Below, in pieces: positions 1 through 9,798 of a DNA stretch of 64,000 nucleotides. This DNA is from Trypanosoma brucei (lineage: Eukaryota), in NCBI GenBank assembly GCA_000002445.1, contig CH464491.1, positions 4,832,001 to 4,896,000 on the forward strand. Reading direction: 5' to 3'. The translations under genes were made by a program, and so were the position numbers. Position 1 is the first letter of the stretch, and every line of letters begins with the position of its first letter. The notes under the pieces were generated by a model. That model searched no databases and was not told the DNA's origin. It was given only the letters and a program-made list of their open reading frames with translations.

Positions 1-510
1 GTTAGGATTTTGTTGTCTGCTTTAATCTGCTGTAGTTGAGTTGCAAGGGCTAAATGTTCGTTGGCTAGTTGCAGTATTGCTTGCTTGGCTATTGATAAAT
101 GCTGGACTGTTCTGGAATGGAGTTTGTGGTCTTTGAGTTTTTGCTGCATGCCGTTGCTGTCCTTTAGTCTTTGTGCCGTTTGAGCCCATTCCTTCCATTT
201 TGTATCCCAATCTGTGTTGTCGCTGAACCGAGTGTCTTTGGTTTCCGGAAATGTTCCTTTATTCTTGGGGTCTTCGAACACAGAGTGCCAGCTTCCACCG
301 GCAGGGGACATGTTCAAGTCGAGGATTTCGTGATGTGCTGTGTCGTAGCTTGCTTTAGGTTGAGTTAGCAAACTGCGGCCGCCTCATAATGCCAGAATTT
401 CACAAGGGGGACCTGCTGTTGCTGCACTGTCACCTTCTGGTACTACCGCATCACCTTTTTTTACTACAAGTAACACTAAGATGGTTCTTATCATGATTTG
501 TTTGATCATT
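1..510 (-). pseudogene. VSG: VSG 5' fragment (signal peptide plus N-terminal domain) with a frameshift near 360-390. It continues beyond the window start.
   Basis: Minus-strand translation from ATG at 508 gives MIKQIMIRTILVLLVVKKGD.. and stops. An adjacent frame reads ..WDTKWKEWAQTAQRLKDSNGMQQKLKD..LALATQLQQIKADNKILT, a heptad-rich VSG A-type N-terminal domain, open to position 1. Confidence 0.45.
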
Positions 511-949
511 TTAACTAAATTTCCTCTTGAATGGCGACCTAGTGTTTTGAGAATTGCTGAAGGCTGCTGGTTTTGATTATCGTGTGTGTGAACATGATGT
601 TGCTACCTCTGTGTGAAAACGGAACAAATTTGTTTAGATTATTTTTGGTTTTTAGTTGCTAACCAGCAGTGAGCTAACGTATTGGCACAGCAATACGACA
701 CTTTTTTGCTCTTGCATTCGCAGCTTGTGGCGTTTTTGGTTATTTTCTTTGGCATAGGCGGCTTTTATCTCTCAACTACATGCTAATGGTCGCTGTGGGA
801 AAATAGCTTTGAGTTGGAGCTTCTGCGGCTTGTGTTTTATGCGCTCTGGCGAAAATACCGAATTGCGGCACATGCTTTTTTATTCCTTTTTGTTTCACGA
901 GTCCGCAGGGTTAAGCTACGTTGCATGCGCAGTGCTACGGGTTGCTGCC

Positions 950-2053
950 TTATTTGTTGTATTTTTTGGCATTGATTTTGTCTTGAAATATGTGCTTTTG
1001 ACAAGTGAACTCTGCCCATTGGCCGTTTATTCTTCGCAACATTGAGGTTTGGTTTCTGCCACAAATTGGTTTGTGCGATGTTAGGTGCAGCTGATGATAC
1101 TGGTAAGGAGAGATATGATGGAATGCTATGGTGCTGCAGGTTCCTTGAGCTGACGATCTATTTTCAGCTGTCGCGTGCATTACATAATGACATTCCTGCA
1201 TATCTACGGTTAACAACCCCTCCAATTTCAATTTATTCCTTATAACTTCTAAAACCATAATATCCTCATTGAGTGCACTAAAATCCATATATGTTTCGAA
1301 ATTTCTGAATTTAATTGGTGATTTCACCATGTCTTTCAAAGGTTCATAATCAACAATTTCCCTGACAACGTCCCTAGATAAAGTGGACGCGTATCCAATT
1401 GTGTGCCATGTAATTTCGTCACTAAAATCTTTATAGTATCCAACTGCTATTCTCATATTCAGTTTTCCCCGCGGCAATATTTCAAGATAATTTAGATACA
1501 ATGGCACTCTCATAAATATATTACAATCTGCTTTCATTATATATGGATTAGTAGGTTTAAATATTGCCTCTGAGAATTCGAACCAAAAATATGTTTTCCT
1601 ACTCATAGTGAGTTCTGCTTCCCATCCCCAATTTCCATTATCTCGAATTTTCTTATTTGTTGTTTGATTCACATCACATAAAGGTAAAATAATAATATCC
1701 TCATTTAAATAACCCTCTTCTTCAGCAATTTTTCTGAGCTCGAAATTATTATTTGTATGAGGTGAAAGGGCATATACTATAAGTAACTTCTCAGTAAACT
1801 TATTTTCCTTTCTCGCAACTTCATCGTAGCTCCAACAATTTTCTCTCTGCAAGTTCCTCCTTTGAAATCTTTCATCATTATCTACTGAAGGTATTCCAGC
1901 TACAACCAAATATTCTTCACATCCTTCGACACAAATTTCATATACTCATCATCAATAATTTCAAGTGAAATGAATTCACCCTCACCAAACAAGCTGTAGT
2001 GACAGACATAAACTAATCCCCATAATAATAAAGGAGAAACAGCATACTCTTTC
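950..2053 (-). pseudogene. beta-1,3-glycosyltransferase-like gene (GT31/GT67, the 'UDP-Gal or UDP-GlcNAc-dependent glycosyltransferase' family of T. brucei), with a frameshift near 1910-1925
   Basis: The 319-aa ORF contains RRNLQRENCW (beta3GT motif RRxxIRxTWG-like) and YIMKADCNIFMRV (degenerate K-DDD-VF DxD motif). An N-terminal type-II anchor, MKEYAVSPLLLWGLVYV, lies in another frame at 1926-2053. A paralogue is at 36559-37681. Confidence 0.5.
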
Positions 2054-2921
2054 ATAAATATATTCAGTATACTACATAAGATACTACTCTCATACTAATG
2101 AAAACTTTAAAACATCTTATGAAATCATAGAGGTTATTAAAAGATATGTCAGTTGTTACAATAATATGATTAGTGAAGAAGCCACGTGTTTACCTATAAA
2201 AGTGATACATTGATATTATTATAATATAGATTTTTGAATGGTGTACAGTCGGTGGAAACAGCCTATCTTTGGGCATGCATCTACATTTTTCGTTTTAGAA
2301 GTTAAATTCAAGCAAAAATACTCCTAAACGATAGACAAACTACTACATACATTGTTATCGGAATTCAAGTAGCAAGATATAGTAATTCTCCTCACGCATA
2401 CTATGAAGTTTGAAAGTTATTTGTTCTAAATACCATAATCCCTACTGGTTTCATGAGACTCGAATCTGCGTCAGCTTATCAGCTATTGCTGTTATTGTTG
2501 ATAAAACTATTATCTTCTCAGCAGTATTTTCAATGTATAAGTGAAAATACTGTGCACCATTGACGTCTTGTACATCATTTTGTCGCTTGGTGTGTTGTTG
2601 CATGATTTCACCTTATTCTCTATTGCCGTCAAATAACTCGGTTCTTGCTGTTTATACGCCTGACGAGCCGACTACAGTTGCCTTTACACTGTACTCTGCC
2701 TTTGTCTCACTGTTTTCATCACTGTTTTGTGTAAATTATTCCCATACTCATGTCTTTCTGTGAAACTTGAAATATTCAATCACTCTTTTTCCTATCTTTC
2801 CGTAGTTTTTATAATAATATTTCTTTGTGTATCCTGTTCTCCGTCAATCAAATCATTACTTTTTATCGTTGCAATAGTTTTAAGCACTTCTATTTCTCCC
2901 TTGCATTTATTCATGGAAAAC

Positions 2922-3000
2922 ACTCTCGTTATTATAATATACGTATACACACACTCACAACACTCTCCTATTACTATCATTATCATCGTTCTAGGTATAT
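2922..3000 (-). repeat. single 70-bp repeat unit in minus orientation
   Basis: The reverse complement reads GATAATGATAGTAATAGGAGAGTGTTGTGAGTGTGTGTATACGTATATTATAATAACG. Confidence 0.7.
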
Positions 3001-3147
3001 TACTAATGTCCGTAAAAGAAATAAGATAAAAAAATTAGAATGGCACTCATTTTTAATACCCTATCACACTAATAATTTGGAGTCATAGGTACGTACATAC
3101 CAAAGTTTCCGATTTTTAATTCTTAAAATTTCCGAAAAATTACCAAT

Positions 3148-3163
3148 ATTAACAAAAGTGTTA
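3148..3163 (-). promoter_or_regulatory. VSG 3'UTR 16-mer-like element
   Basis: The reverse complement TTAATATATTTAACAC matches the T. brucei VSG 3'UTR 16-mer TGATATATTTTAACAC at 14 of 16 positions. Confidence 0.6.
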
Positions 3164-3213
3164 AATATATTAAATTTCAAAAATTATAAAAATGAGAAAA
3201 CAGTCATAAAGTG

Positions 3214-4832
3214 CTACAAACTCACAAAAGCATCCATCAAAGTCAATTTTCTATTTGCAAGAAAACTTGAATCTTTGCATTTTTCTTCGATCCATCCACA
3301 GTTAGCTTTTTCCCCTGCTTCTAATCCCTTATTCTCTTTTTCATAGTTTGCTTTATCATTGTGTTTTGTACACTTATCTCATAGTGTTGTTGTCTCTCCT
3401 GCAGCTTGAGATTGTGTTACAGGGACACCCTTTTCTTTTGCTTTTGTTGAATTAAATTTGCACTTTTTATCGTCGGCGCTGTCTTTTTGATAAGTACAAT
3501 AAAGCTTGGTGTTGCAGTCAGTATCTTTCGTTATTCCTTCGCATTCTTCTTTCTTGGCTTGAGTCGATTCTTCTGTCGCTTCTGCTGCCTTCGACGGGCT
3601 GTCGGTCTTTTCGACTGTCTGCTGGAGCTTCGCTGTCGCTTCTACTTCGTCCCCTATGTTGTACGCAATTTTTAGGTTCATTACAGTTGCTTTTTGAGGG
3701 GTTTTTGATTTTGTTCTGCCTGCTGTTTTCGTTCCAGTAGGGCGGCTGCTGCTATTATGGCTCTGGCAAATGTTAGGTCGTCCCACTTGTCGCCGGTGGA
3801 TGTTATTGACGTACTGTACCTGACGCAGAGACCGTTGTTGCTGTCGCCGTCGCAAGTGCCGCTCGCTGTCCAGCCTAGATAGGCGGCGTCGTTATGGACG
3901 GTGACTGCCGAATGCAGGTCCTGCAGAGCTGTCCTCAGCGATTGGGCCGTGGCGTATGTTGTGCCGCTTTGACTGCAAAGCTTTCGTACCGCGTCGTATG
4001 TTGTCTTTGTTCCGGTACCGCCTGCCGCCCATTTTGACGGATTCTGGTCGTTGTACAGGGGTTTGGGGTTTTCGCCTCCCCCTTGCTTTTCTAGCACAAG
4101 GCACATTGCCACATACGCTAGCGGGTTGTGGCTTTGGATTTTGCCTTCGCTGTTACAGGCCGTGACTGTTGCGGCGCCGTTGTCGTTCCCGCTATTTGTT
4201 GCGAATTTGTCTCGGGCTTTTGTTTCGCCGTAAATGGCTTCAGCTAGTTTGTCGGCTATTGCTTGTTGGTTGCCGCTGTCCATGTTGTTATGCGCGGTTT
4301 GCAATTGGTTTCTTAGTTCCATCGTCGTGTTCAGTATGGCGTTGACCTTGGCTGCCGCTAGTCGGCGGGCGTGTCCTTGCAACTTGTTGGCCTTGCTGGT
4401 CTTGACTCTGCGGGCTGCGGGTGTATCGCCTTCAAGCATGTGCCGCGCAATTGCCCACCTTTCACAGCTGTCTTTCCCATGTGGGAACACCGTTTTGGCA
4501 TGGTTGTCTTTGTCTTCCCATGTGAGCTTGTCTTTTCCTTCTTTTAGAAACAGCTTCTGCCATGCAGGGTCGCTTAGGCTCATATTAAGAGCCGCTAGTT
4601 CTGTCAGCTCTTCTTCAGCAGTCGCCTGCTGGCCGTCAGGTGCTGAGCCTTTTTCCTGTAGCTGAATCAGCTTATACACCTTCGCAAATACATCCGCATT
4701 GGCGCCTTCTGGTATTTCAACCATCTTAGGGAAGCTCGTGGCGACCACAACTACCGCGCCTAGAGCAGCTTTAACAGTATTTTTCCAAGTCACCATATTG
4801 GGCGTTGTTGTTGCTTCTGATACCTTTTCCAA
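3214..4832 (-). pseudogene. VSG: VSG pseudogene with at least two frameshifts between the N-terminal domain, hinge and C-terminal domain
   Basis: The N-terminal domain ORF is 3681-4832 and the hinge ORF is 3379-3855 (..CKFNSTKAKEKGVPVTQSQ..). The C-terminal domain and GPI signal, ..NCGWIEEKCKDSSFLANRKLTLMDAFVSL*, are in a third frame ending near 3214. Confidence 0.85.
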
Positions 4833-4998
4833 AATATTGGATATTCACCTGATATAGTTGACGCTGCTATTTTGTACATGGCGTGAATCTGTTTGGTGGT
4901 TTTTCAATCCACAAGCTTTGGGGTCTTGCCGCCGGAGTCAGACTTAGCAATATTTTAAAAACTTTTTAGTTGTGAACAAAACCCTTTCCATAAACCCA

Positions 4999-5830
4999 TC
5001 ACCACAATTTTTTATATTTAAAATCCAACTTCTTTCTACTTATTGAAAGAGTTTGAATTTTACCAAACTCTTTCAAACTAAACTTCCTTCCTTTTAAATA
5101 TCCATACCAAGTAAGATTTTTCACAATCAATTTAGCTTTTTCTTCCCATTTAATTTGCTGGTCAGAAAAATAAATAAACAACACTTCTCCAAACTTTCTT
5201 CTATCGATAATAGAGAGGAATCTCTCCTCATAATCCAACCTAACAATTCCCCTTCTCAAAACAAATCTTTGTCAAACAGCTTCTTTTTGAGGTGCACTCC
5301 ATATTAGCAATAAATTGTAAATACTCTTATCTGACTGCCATTCCTTACCTCCTTTCAATAACTCTCCAAATGCATATTCAAATTTCTTAAATTCCATACT
5401 CTTGCTCTTGAGCCACTGCCGCTAAGATAGGGTTTTCCACTAGGAGATGATTTCAGAAAGTGAGGTAACTTTTTATCCTCTTCTTTTTTGCATACAACAT
5501 TAAAAAAACAATAACGTCTCTCCACGTGCTCTTTGTGAAGATCCTCTTCACTGATATTATCTTTATTATCAGGGTATTTTGTATGAAATATTCCACTGTA
5601 TTTTCATACTTATTTCCATCACTAACTATAACATCAGATCCATCCAAATGAATTGCAGTATCCTCATCACTTGAATTCTGTCCTTATAAAAATTCCATAA
5701 CCCATCTAGGCCTAACATAGCTCTACAAACTTCCCATCGCGATTGTAATAATTTCAATGTTACTTAGTTTGGGACTCAATATGAGTCTACATCATCCTTG
5801 GGTTGCATCAGTTTGAACCACAACCACAAA
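4999..5830 (-). pseudogene. recurrent subtelomeric family, copy 1 (ESAG3-like?), degenerate
   Basis: ORF pieces are GIVRLDYEERF..IVKNLTWYGY and MDGSDVIVSDGNKYENTVEYFIQN. DNA homology links it to 14560-15500, 30422-31492, 45189-46100 and 56800-57700. Confidence 0.4.
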
Positions 5831-6744
5831 TACTCTTGGTTTCTTCGTAACGTTCTGTCTTATATTTGTTACGTCATTAATTTCAACATCTTTCAAAGAT
5901 ATTTCGCTTAAGTACAATAAATGTAATATCAATGGTAATAGTAAAATTCTGAAGACACCACAATTTATCCCCTAATCTGCCGTTAAAATTTGAGAGTTGA
6001 AAAAAACTGGAAATTATAAGAAAAGAAGTTAGTTTTGTTACCAAGGTCTTATGTAAAAAATCGGTTTGTAGATATAGGTGATGCCTTATACTTATAATAT
6101 ATCTTTTTAAGCGTGCATTTATGTGTTTGTAACATATCTTTTTGAGAATGCGTCAAATAGTTTCTGTATAGGAGTTAACTTTTGAAAAAAAAAACAACTG
6201 ATTTACACTACATGAATTCATTTATTCCTTGCACTTTAATCTGAATCACAGTAATGTTTTCAACCGATTGATTCAAATATACTAAAAATAATAAGAGTTC
6301 GTGTGGCATCTACCAAATTTTCAAATTGTAATATAACTCCCATCAACGTAGATCTATAAATTAATGCTATTATTTATTCCACCTGAATCTCTGCAATAGT
6401 ATCTATACATTTAGGTATAAAATACGGAGTATTGTCGACTACTCCTCCTCCTCTTGATGTATTTTTACTCCTTCCATATTCTTTTGTTTCTTCTGAGGAT
6501 AACATAGAGAATACATTTGTCTTAAACGCTGGACTATGTTACCACTAATTAATTCCTTCATCACTTTCTTGTGAATGATTATTCCTATATTCATGTTAGT
6601 GTTTAAAGTTTCGCATTTCTCATTTCATTTTCTGCAATTCTTTCACCAATAATATACATCGTGTTACCACACTGACGCACTCCAATTGAACACCTGACAA
6701 TGGTGTAAGTGCTTCAATTTTGGCTATCCAATTAGTAGCGACCG

Positions 6745-6820
6745 CCACTCTTATTATAATATTAGTATATGCATACGTTTTTTATTATCATTATTATCAT
6801 CTTCTTTGCAGTTACAAGCT
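6745..6820 (-). repeat. 70-bp repeat fragment abutting the ingi 5' fragment
   Basis: Contains ctcttattataatattagtatatgcatacg..ttattatcattattatcatc. It is translated in frame as CNCKEDDNNDNKKR at the end of ORF 6754-7260. Confidence 0.55.
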
Positions 6821-7255
6821 ATTCCGCGATGTTGGTAGCCAGCAACGCTAAAGCAAGCCGCCTCTCCAGGCGTCATCCTTGTCTCGCTCAACAGACAAAA
6901 GGCGATCCGCTCATCAACAAGGGTTTTGTGGAGTGCTAATCTCTTTCTTTGAGATAGCCCGGCGCAGTTCCACTGCATCCCGCGCAACGACGGGCCGGGA
7001 TTCTCTTCCACATCACCGGACAGCAGCATCTTAGTGCAGATGATACTGCTGATGGCACGCTGGCACGTGCCCAAGGACCGACAAATGAAAAACGGTGTCC
7101 CAGCAAGACGCTGCTGATCCCTGTGCTGTATGATGCCGTGGCGGAAGCAAAGCAGTGTTCCCCATGAAAGGAATGCTGCTGGCTCTTGGTTTCCACTGAT
7201 GATACGGGGTACTGGACCCTGGCACCACGTTGAGGTGGCCGGCATCGCCAGGGCC
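6820..7255 (-). mobile_element. ingi 5'-terminal fragment: 5' UTR (Pr77-like region), 2A-like peptide and the start of the AP-endonuclease domain
   Basis: The minus strand starts CCCTGGCGATGCCGGCCACCTCAACGTGGTGCCAGGGTCCAGTACCCCGT. The ORF encodes ..MLLSGDVEENPGPSLRGMQWNCAGLSQRKRLALHK.. and then is truncated. Confidence 0.7.
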
Positions 7256-7259
7256 ATCA

Positions 7260-7546
7260 ATTAAATCAATCCAACAGCAAACAGATTTCTTTCCCTCTTT
7301 AGGTTTGCCTGGCGCCTTGACACATTTGTCTGAGTCAGTATACTGGCCACAATTAGGGTCTTCTATTGCTGCAGTTTCATCTGTTCCTTGATTTGTCTGC
7401 GTTTCTCCATCATTGGGTTTGCAGTGGTTTCCTGTTGTAGCTGTGGTGCTATTCCATTTGATGTTAGCTGCTGTGCGGGTCGCGTTTGTTGTGTGCTGCT
7501 TGCTGTCTGCACGCGTCGCTGAAGCTTGCTGCCTATTTGGCATCAT
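7260..7546 (-). pseudogene. VSG: possible VSG C-terminal-domain fragment flanking the ingi 5' end
   Basis: ..IKWNSTTATTGNHCKPNDGETQTNQGTDE..CGQYTDSDKCVKAPGKPKEGKKSVCC resembles VSG hinge and C-terminal domain blocks (compare WKFNSTKAKEKG.. elsewhere in the window). There is no N-terminal domain upstream. Confidence 0.3.
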
Positions 7547-7559
7547 GTGTTGCTGCTGA

Positions 7560-8750
7560 ATATCGTTTGCCTGCTTCTACCTCGCCTTAAAAGCAGACAG
7601 ATGGCCGCAGCGAAACTGTCACACGCCACTGTAAAAAAAAAACGCGTGCAGTGGCTGAGGCCACCCGCCAGCTTTTGTTTTAACAAAAAAATTTGAAACC
7701 GCGAGCAGCGGAAAGTGCAGAGCTGAGATTCACAAAACCAAAATGAAAAAAACGTAACGGCGGGGTAGTAAAAATGAATATTAGAAGAATTTAAGCTAGG
7801 ATGTCTGTATAGTGCATAAGGGAAATGCTATAGAAAAAACAGTCGTTGAATCACAAGGAAAAAAGATGGCTAATTATGAAATAATAATATTGAGTCGATG
7901 TGGGGATGGAAATAAAGGTGGAAAAAATTTAAGCAAAGATGTCTGCTGGAGAAAAAATAGTTATAGTATTCACGAAAAAAAGAGCTGCTGCATCACATAA
8001 AAATAATAAATTTAAAATTCTAACCCTAACAATGTTTTCTAGAAATTTTAACATGAATAACCCTAACCCTAAACACCCAACCAGTCCTAGCCTTTCTTTT
8101 TTCTTTTTGTTATTCGGCTTAAAATTTTAAACCTTAAATCGGGATAAAATTCATTAAAGAAAAATTACCCAAAAGTTAATTAACTTTTCAAAAAGAAATA
8201 GAAAGCTTAAGAATTCCGCTAAAAAATTTAAAAAATTAAAAAAATCAAATATGTTAAAAAATTTATATCTCAAAAAAGTCCAGCAAAAACCTAAAAAGTA
8301 AAAAATATCAAAAATTTGCAAAAATAGAAAAAATGAAAAAAAAGAGCTGAAAGACTAAACAAAAATAAAAAAACCCTAATCTTAAATATTCAAAATTAAC
8401 TCGAAAAACCTAAAAATGAAAATATCAAAAATGCCAAAAAAGGTTGGAAAATGGGGTAAAATTAAATGTCGATGCACGGCTGGGGTTGAATAAGTGTTAT
8501 TGCCCACTTTAAAAAAGAGCCGCTGACGCACAAAAAATTTTTAACTGTTAAAATAAAAATAAAATAAAAAAAGGAAAAATAAAACCCTAACCCGAATAAA
8601 TCTCCCTAAACTTCCTACCTTTCCCCCTACCTTCTTGGTTCGCAGGACAAAATATTCAACAACAAAAAAGAGGGATAATTTTTTTAGCAATCAGAAAAAA
8701 AATTCAAACGCACAGGTAGCCAAAAAATTAATTATTTTTCAGTTTATTTA
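7560..8750. repeat. A-rich tract on the plus strand. It holds dispersed telomere-like hexamers (CCCTAA)1-3 and three degenerate copies of VSG 3'UTR-like sequence.
   Basis: ctaaccctaac at 8026, aaccctaaccctaaac at 8057, aaccctaatc at 8385 and aaaccctaaccc at 8584. Repeated caaaaatcctaaaag...atcaaaaatgc blocks sit near 8280, 8400 and 8770. Confidence 0.5.
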
Positions 8751-8751
8751 G

Positions 8752-8767
8752 GTGTTAAAATATATCA
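8752..8767 (-). promoter_or_regulatory. VSG 3'UTR 16-mer, exact match
   Basis: The reverse complement is TGATATATTTTAACAC. Confidence 0.8.
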
Positions 8768-9705
8768 AAATTTCAGCAAAAATCCTAAAAGTTTTATACT
8801 ATAATCAAAAATGCTTAGAATGCAGACAAAAAGTAACGCAGCAAATACCTGAGGAACAGAAACTCTCAAATTGCTAGAAAACGATGCTTCATCTTTCTTG
8901 TCTGTTTCAGCTTTTGGAAAGCATTTCGGGTCTTTTGTCTCATTAAAATCACAACCTGTTTCCTTTTTACAATCTTCGCTTGTTTTGTGCTTTTTGCATT
9001 CGTCTGCTGTTTTCGCTGGTTCTTCTGGTTTGTCTTTTTTTTCTCTTGTCATGGACTGTGTGGGGCATTTTGTTTGCATCTGCAGTGTTGCTGCTTTTGC
9101 TAAGCCAGCGCCAATTGCCGTTGCTATCCCTTCTAGATTCGAAAGCGCCTTTAGTTTCTCTGTCTTTGTTTCTGTGGCTGTGAAGTATGTTACTGTTGTG
9201 TCTGGAAGCTTGCTCCAATTTTTTGTTGTGAACTCTCCGTGATTTTCCCCATACAGTTCTTTGATCTTTGCGGCGATGGCCTGGTCGTTCTCTGGCAATA
9301 GCTTCTGTTCTAGTGGTATGCCTAGTGCTATTCTTGCCACTAGTGCTTTCATGTTACTTTCGCTGGAGTAGCTGTCGCCAGCGGTTAGGTCGGGCATCGT
9401 TTCTAGTGCTTGTACTGCTGCCGTTGCCAGCGTCGTGTTTTCGTCAAGTTCGGCGGCTGTTACTATGTCGAGTGACAGCGCATCCGCAATAATCGTTGCT
9501 AGGTCGGCGGCTTTGTTACGTTGCTCGCTGTGCTGTGCTGCGCGCCCTTCCGTATACTTTAGTCGTGCTTTTATTACGTCCAGCGCTGTTGCGCCGTTGC
9601 ACGCCTGGCCTCGCCCTTTGTTACACCCCAGTTCGACTTCTACTGCCGCATTGGGAGTCTTGAATTTGTGTTGGCGGTTTAGTAAGTCGGTCCAAGGGTG
9701 AAACC
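8765..9705 (-). pseudogene. VSG: VSG 3' two-thirds (mid N-terminal domain to GPI signal). Its 5' half is replaced by ingi.
   Basis: The in-frame translation from 9705 down reads ..LGCNKGRGQACNGATALDVIKARLKYTEGR..KIKELYGENHGEFTTKNW..CKKHKTSEDCKKETGCDFNETKDPKC..SSNLRVSVPQVFAALLFV. A TGA sits immediately upstream at the ingi junction. Confidence 0.8.
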
Positions 9706-9798
9706 CTCACACAGTGGTGCATTGACAACCAGTTTCTGGTCTGCAACACTGGTGAGTGCACCAGGTACGCGCGCCACCACGGGGAGTCCACCCCTGAT

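Noticed and set aside
6754..7260. 168-aa ORF with a 2A peptide, taken on its own as a host gene
   Set aside because: It is a chimera of the ingi 5' end and a 70-bp repeat read in frame.
8026..8600. CCCTAA hexamers as a bona fide internal telomere
   Set aside because: There are only one to three units per site, widely dispersed. I report them as a possible relic, not as a telomere.
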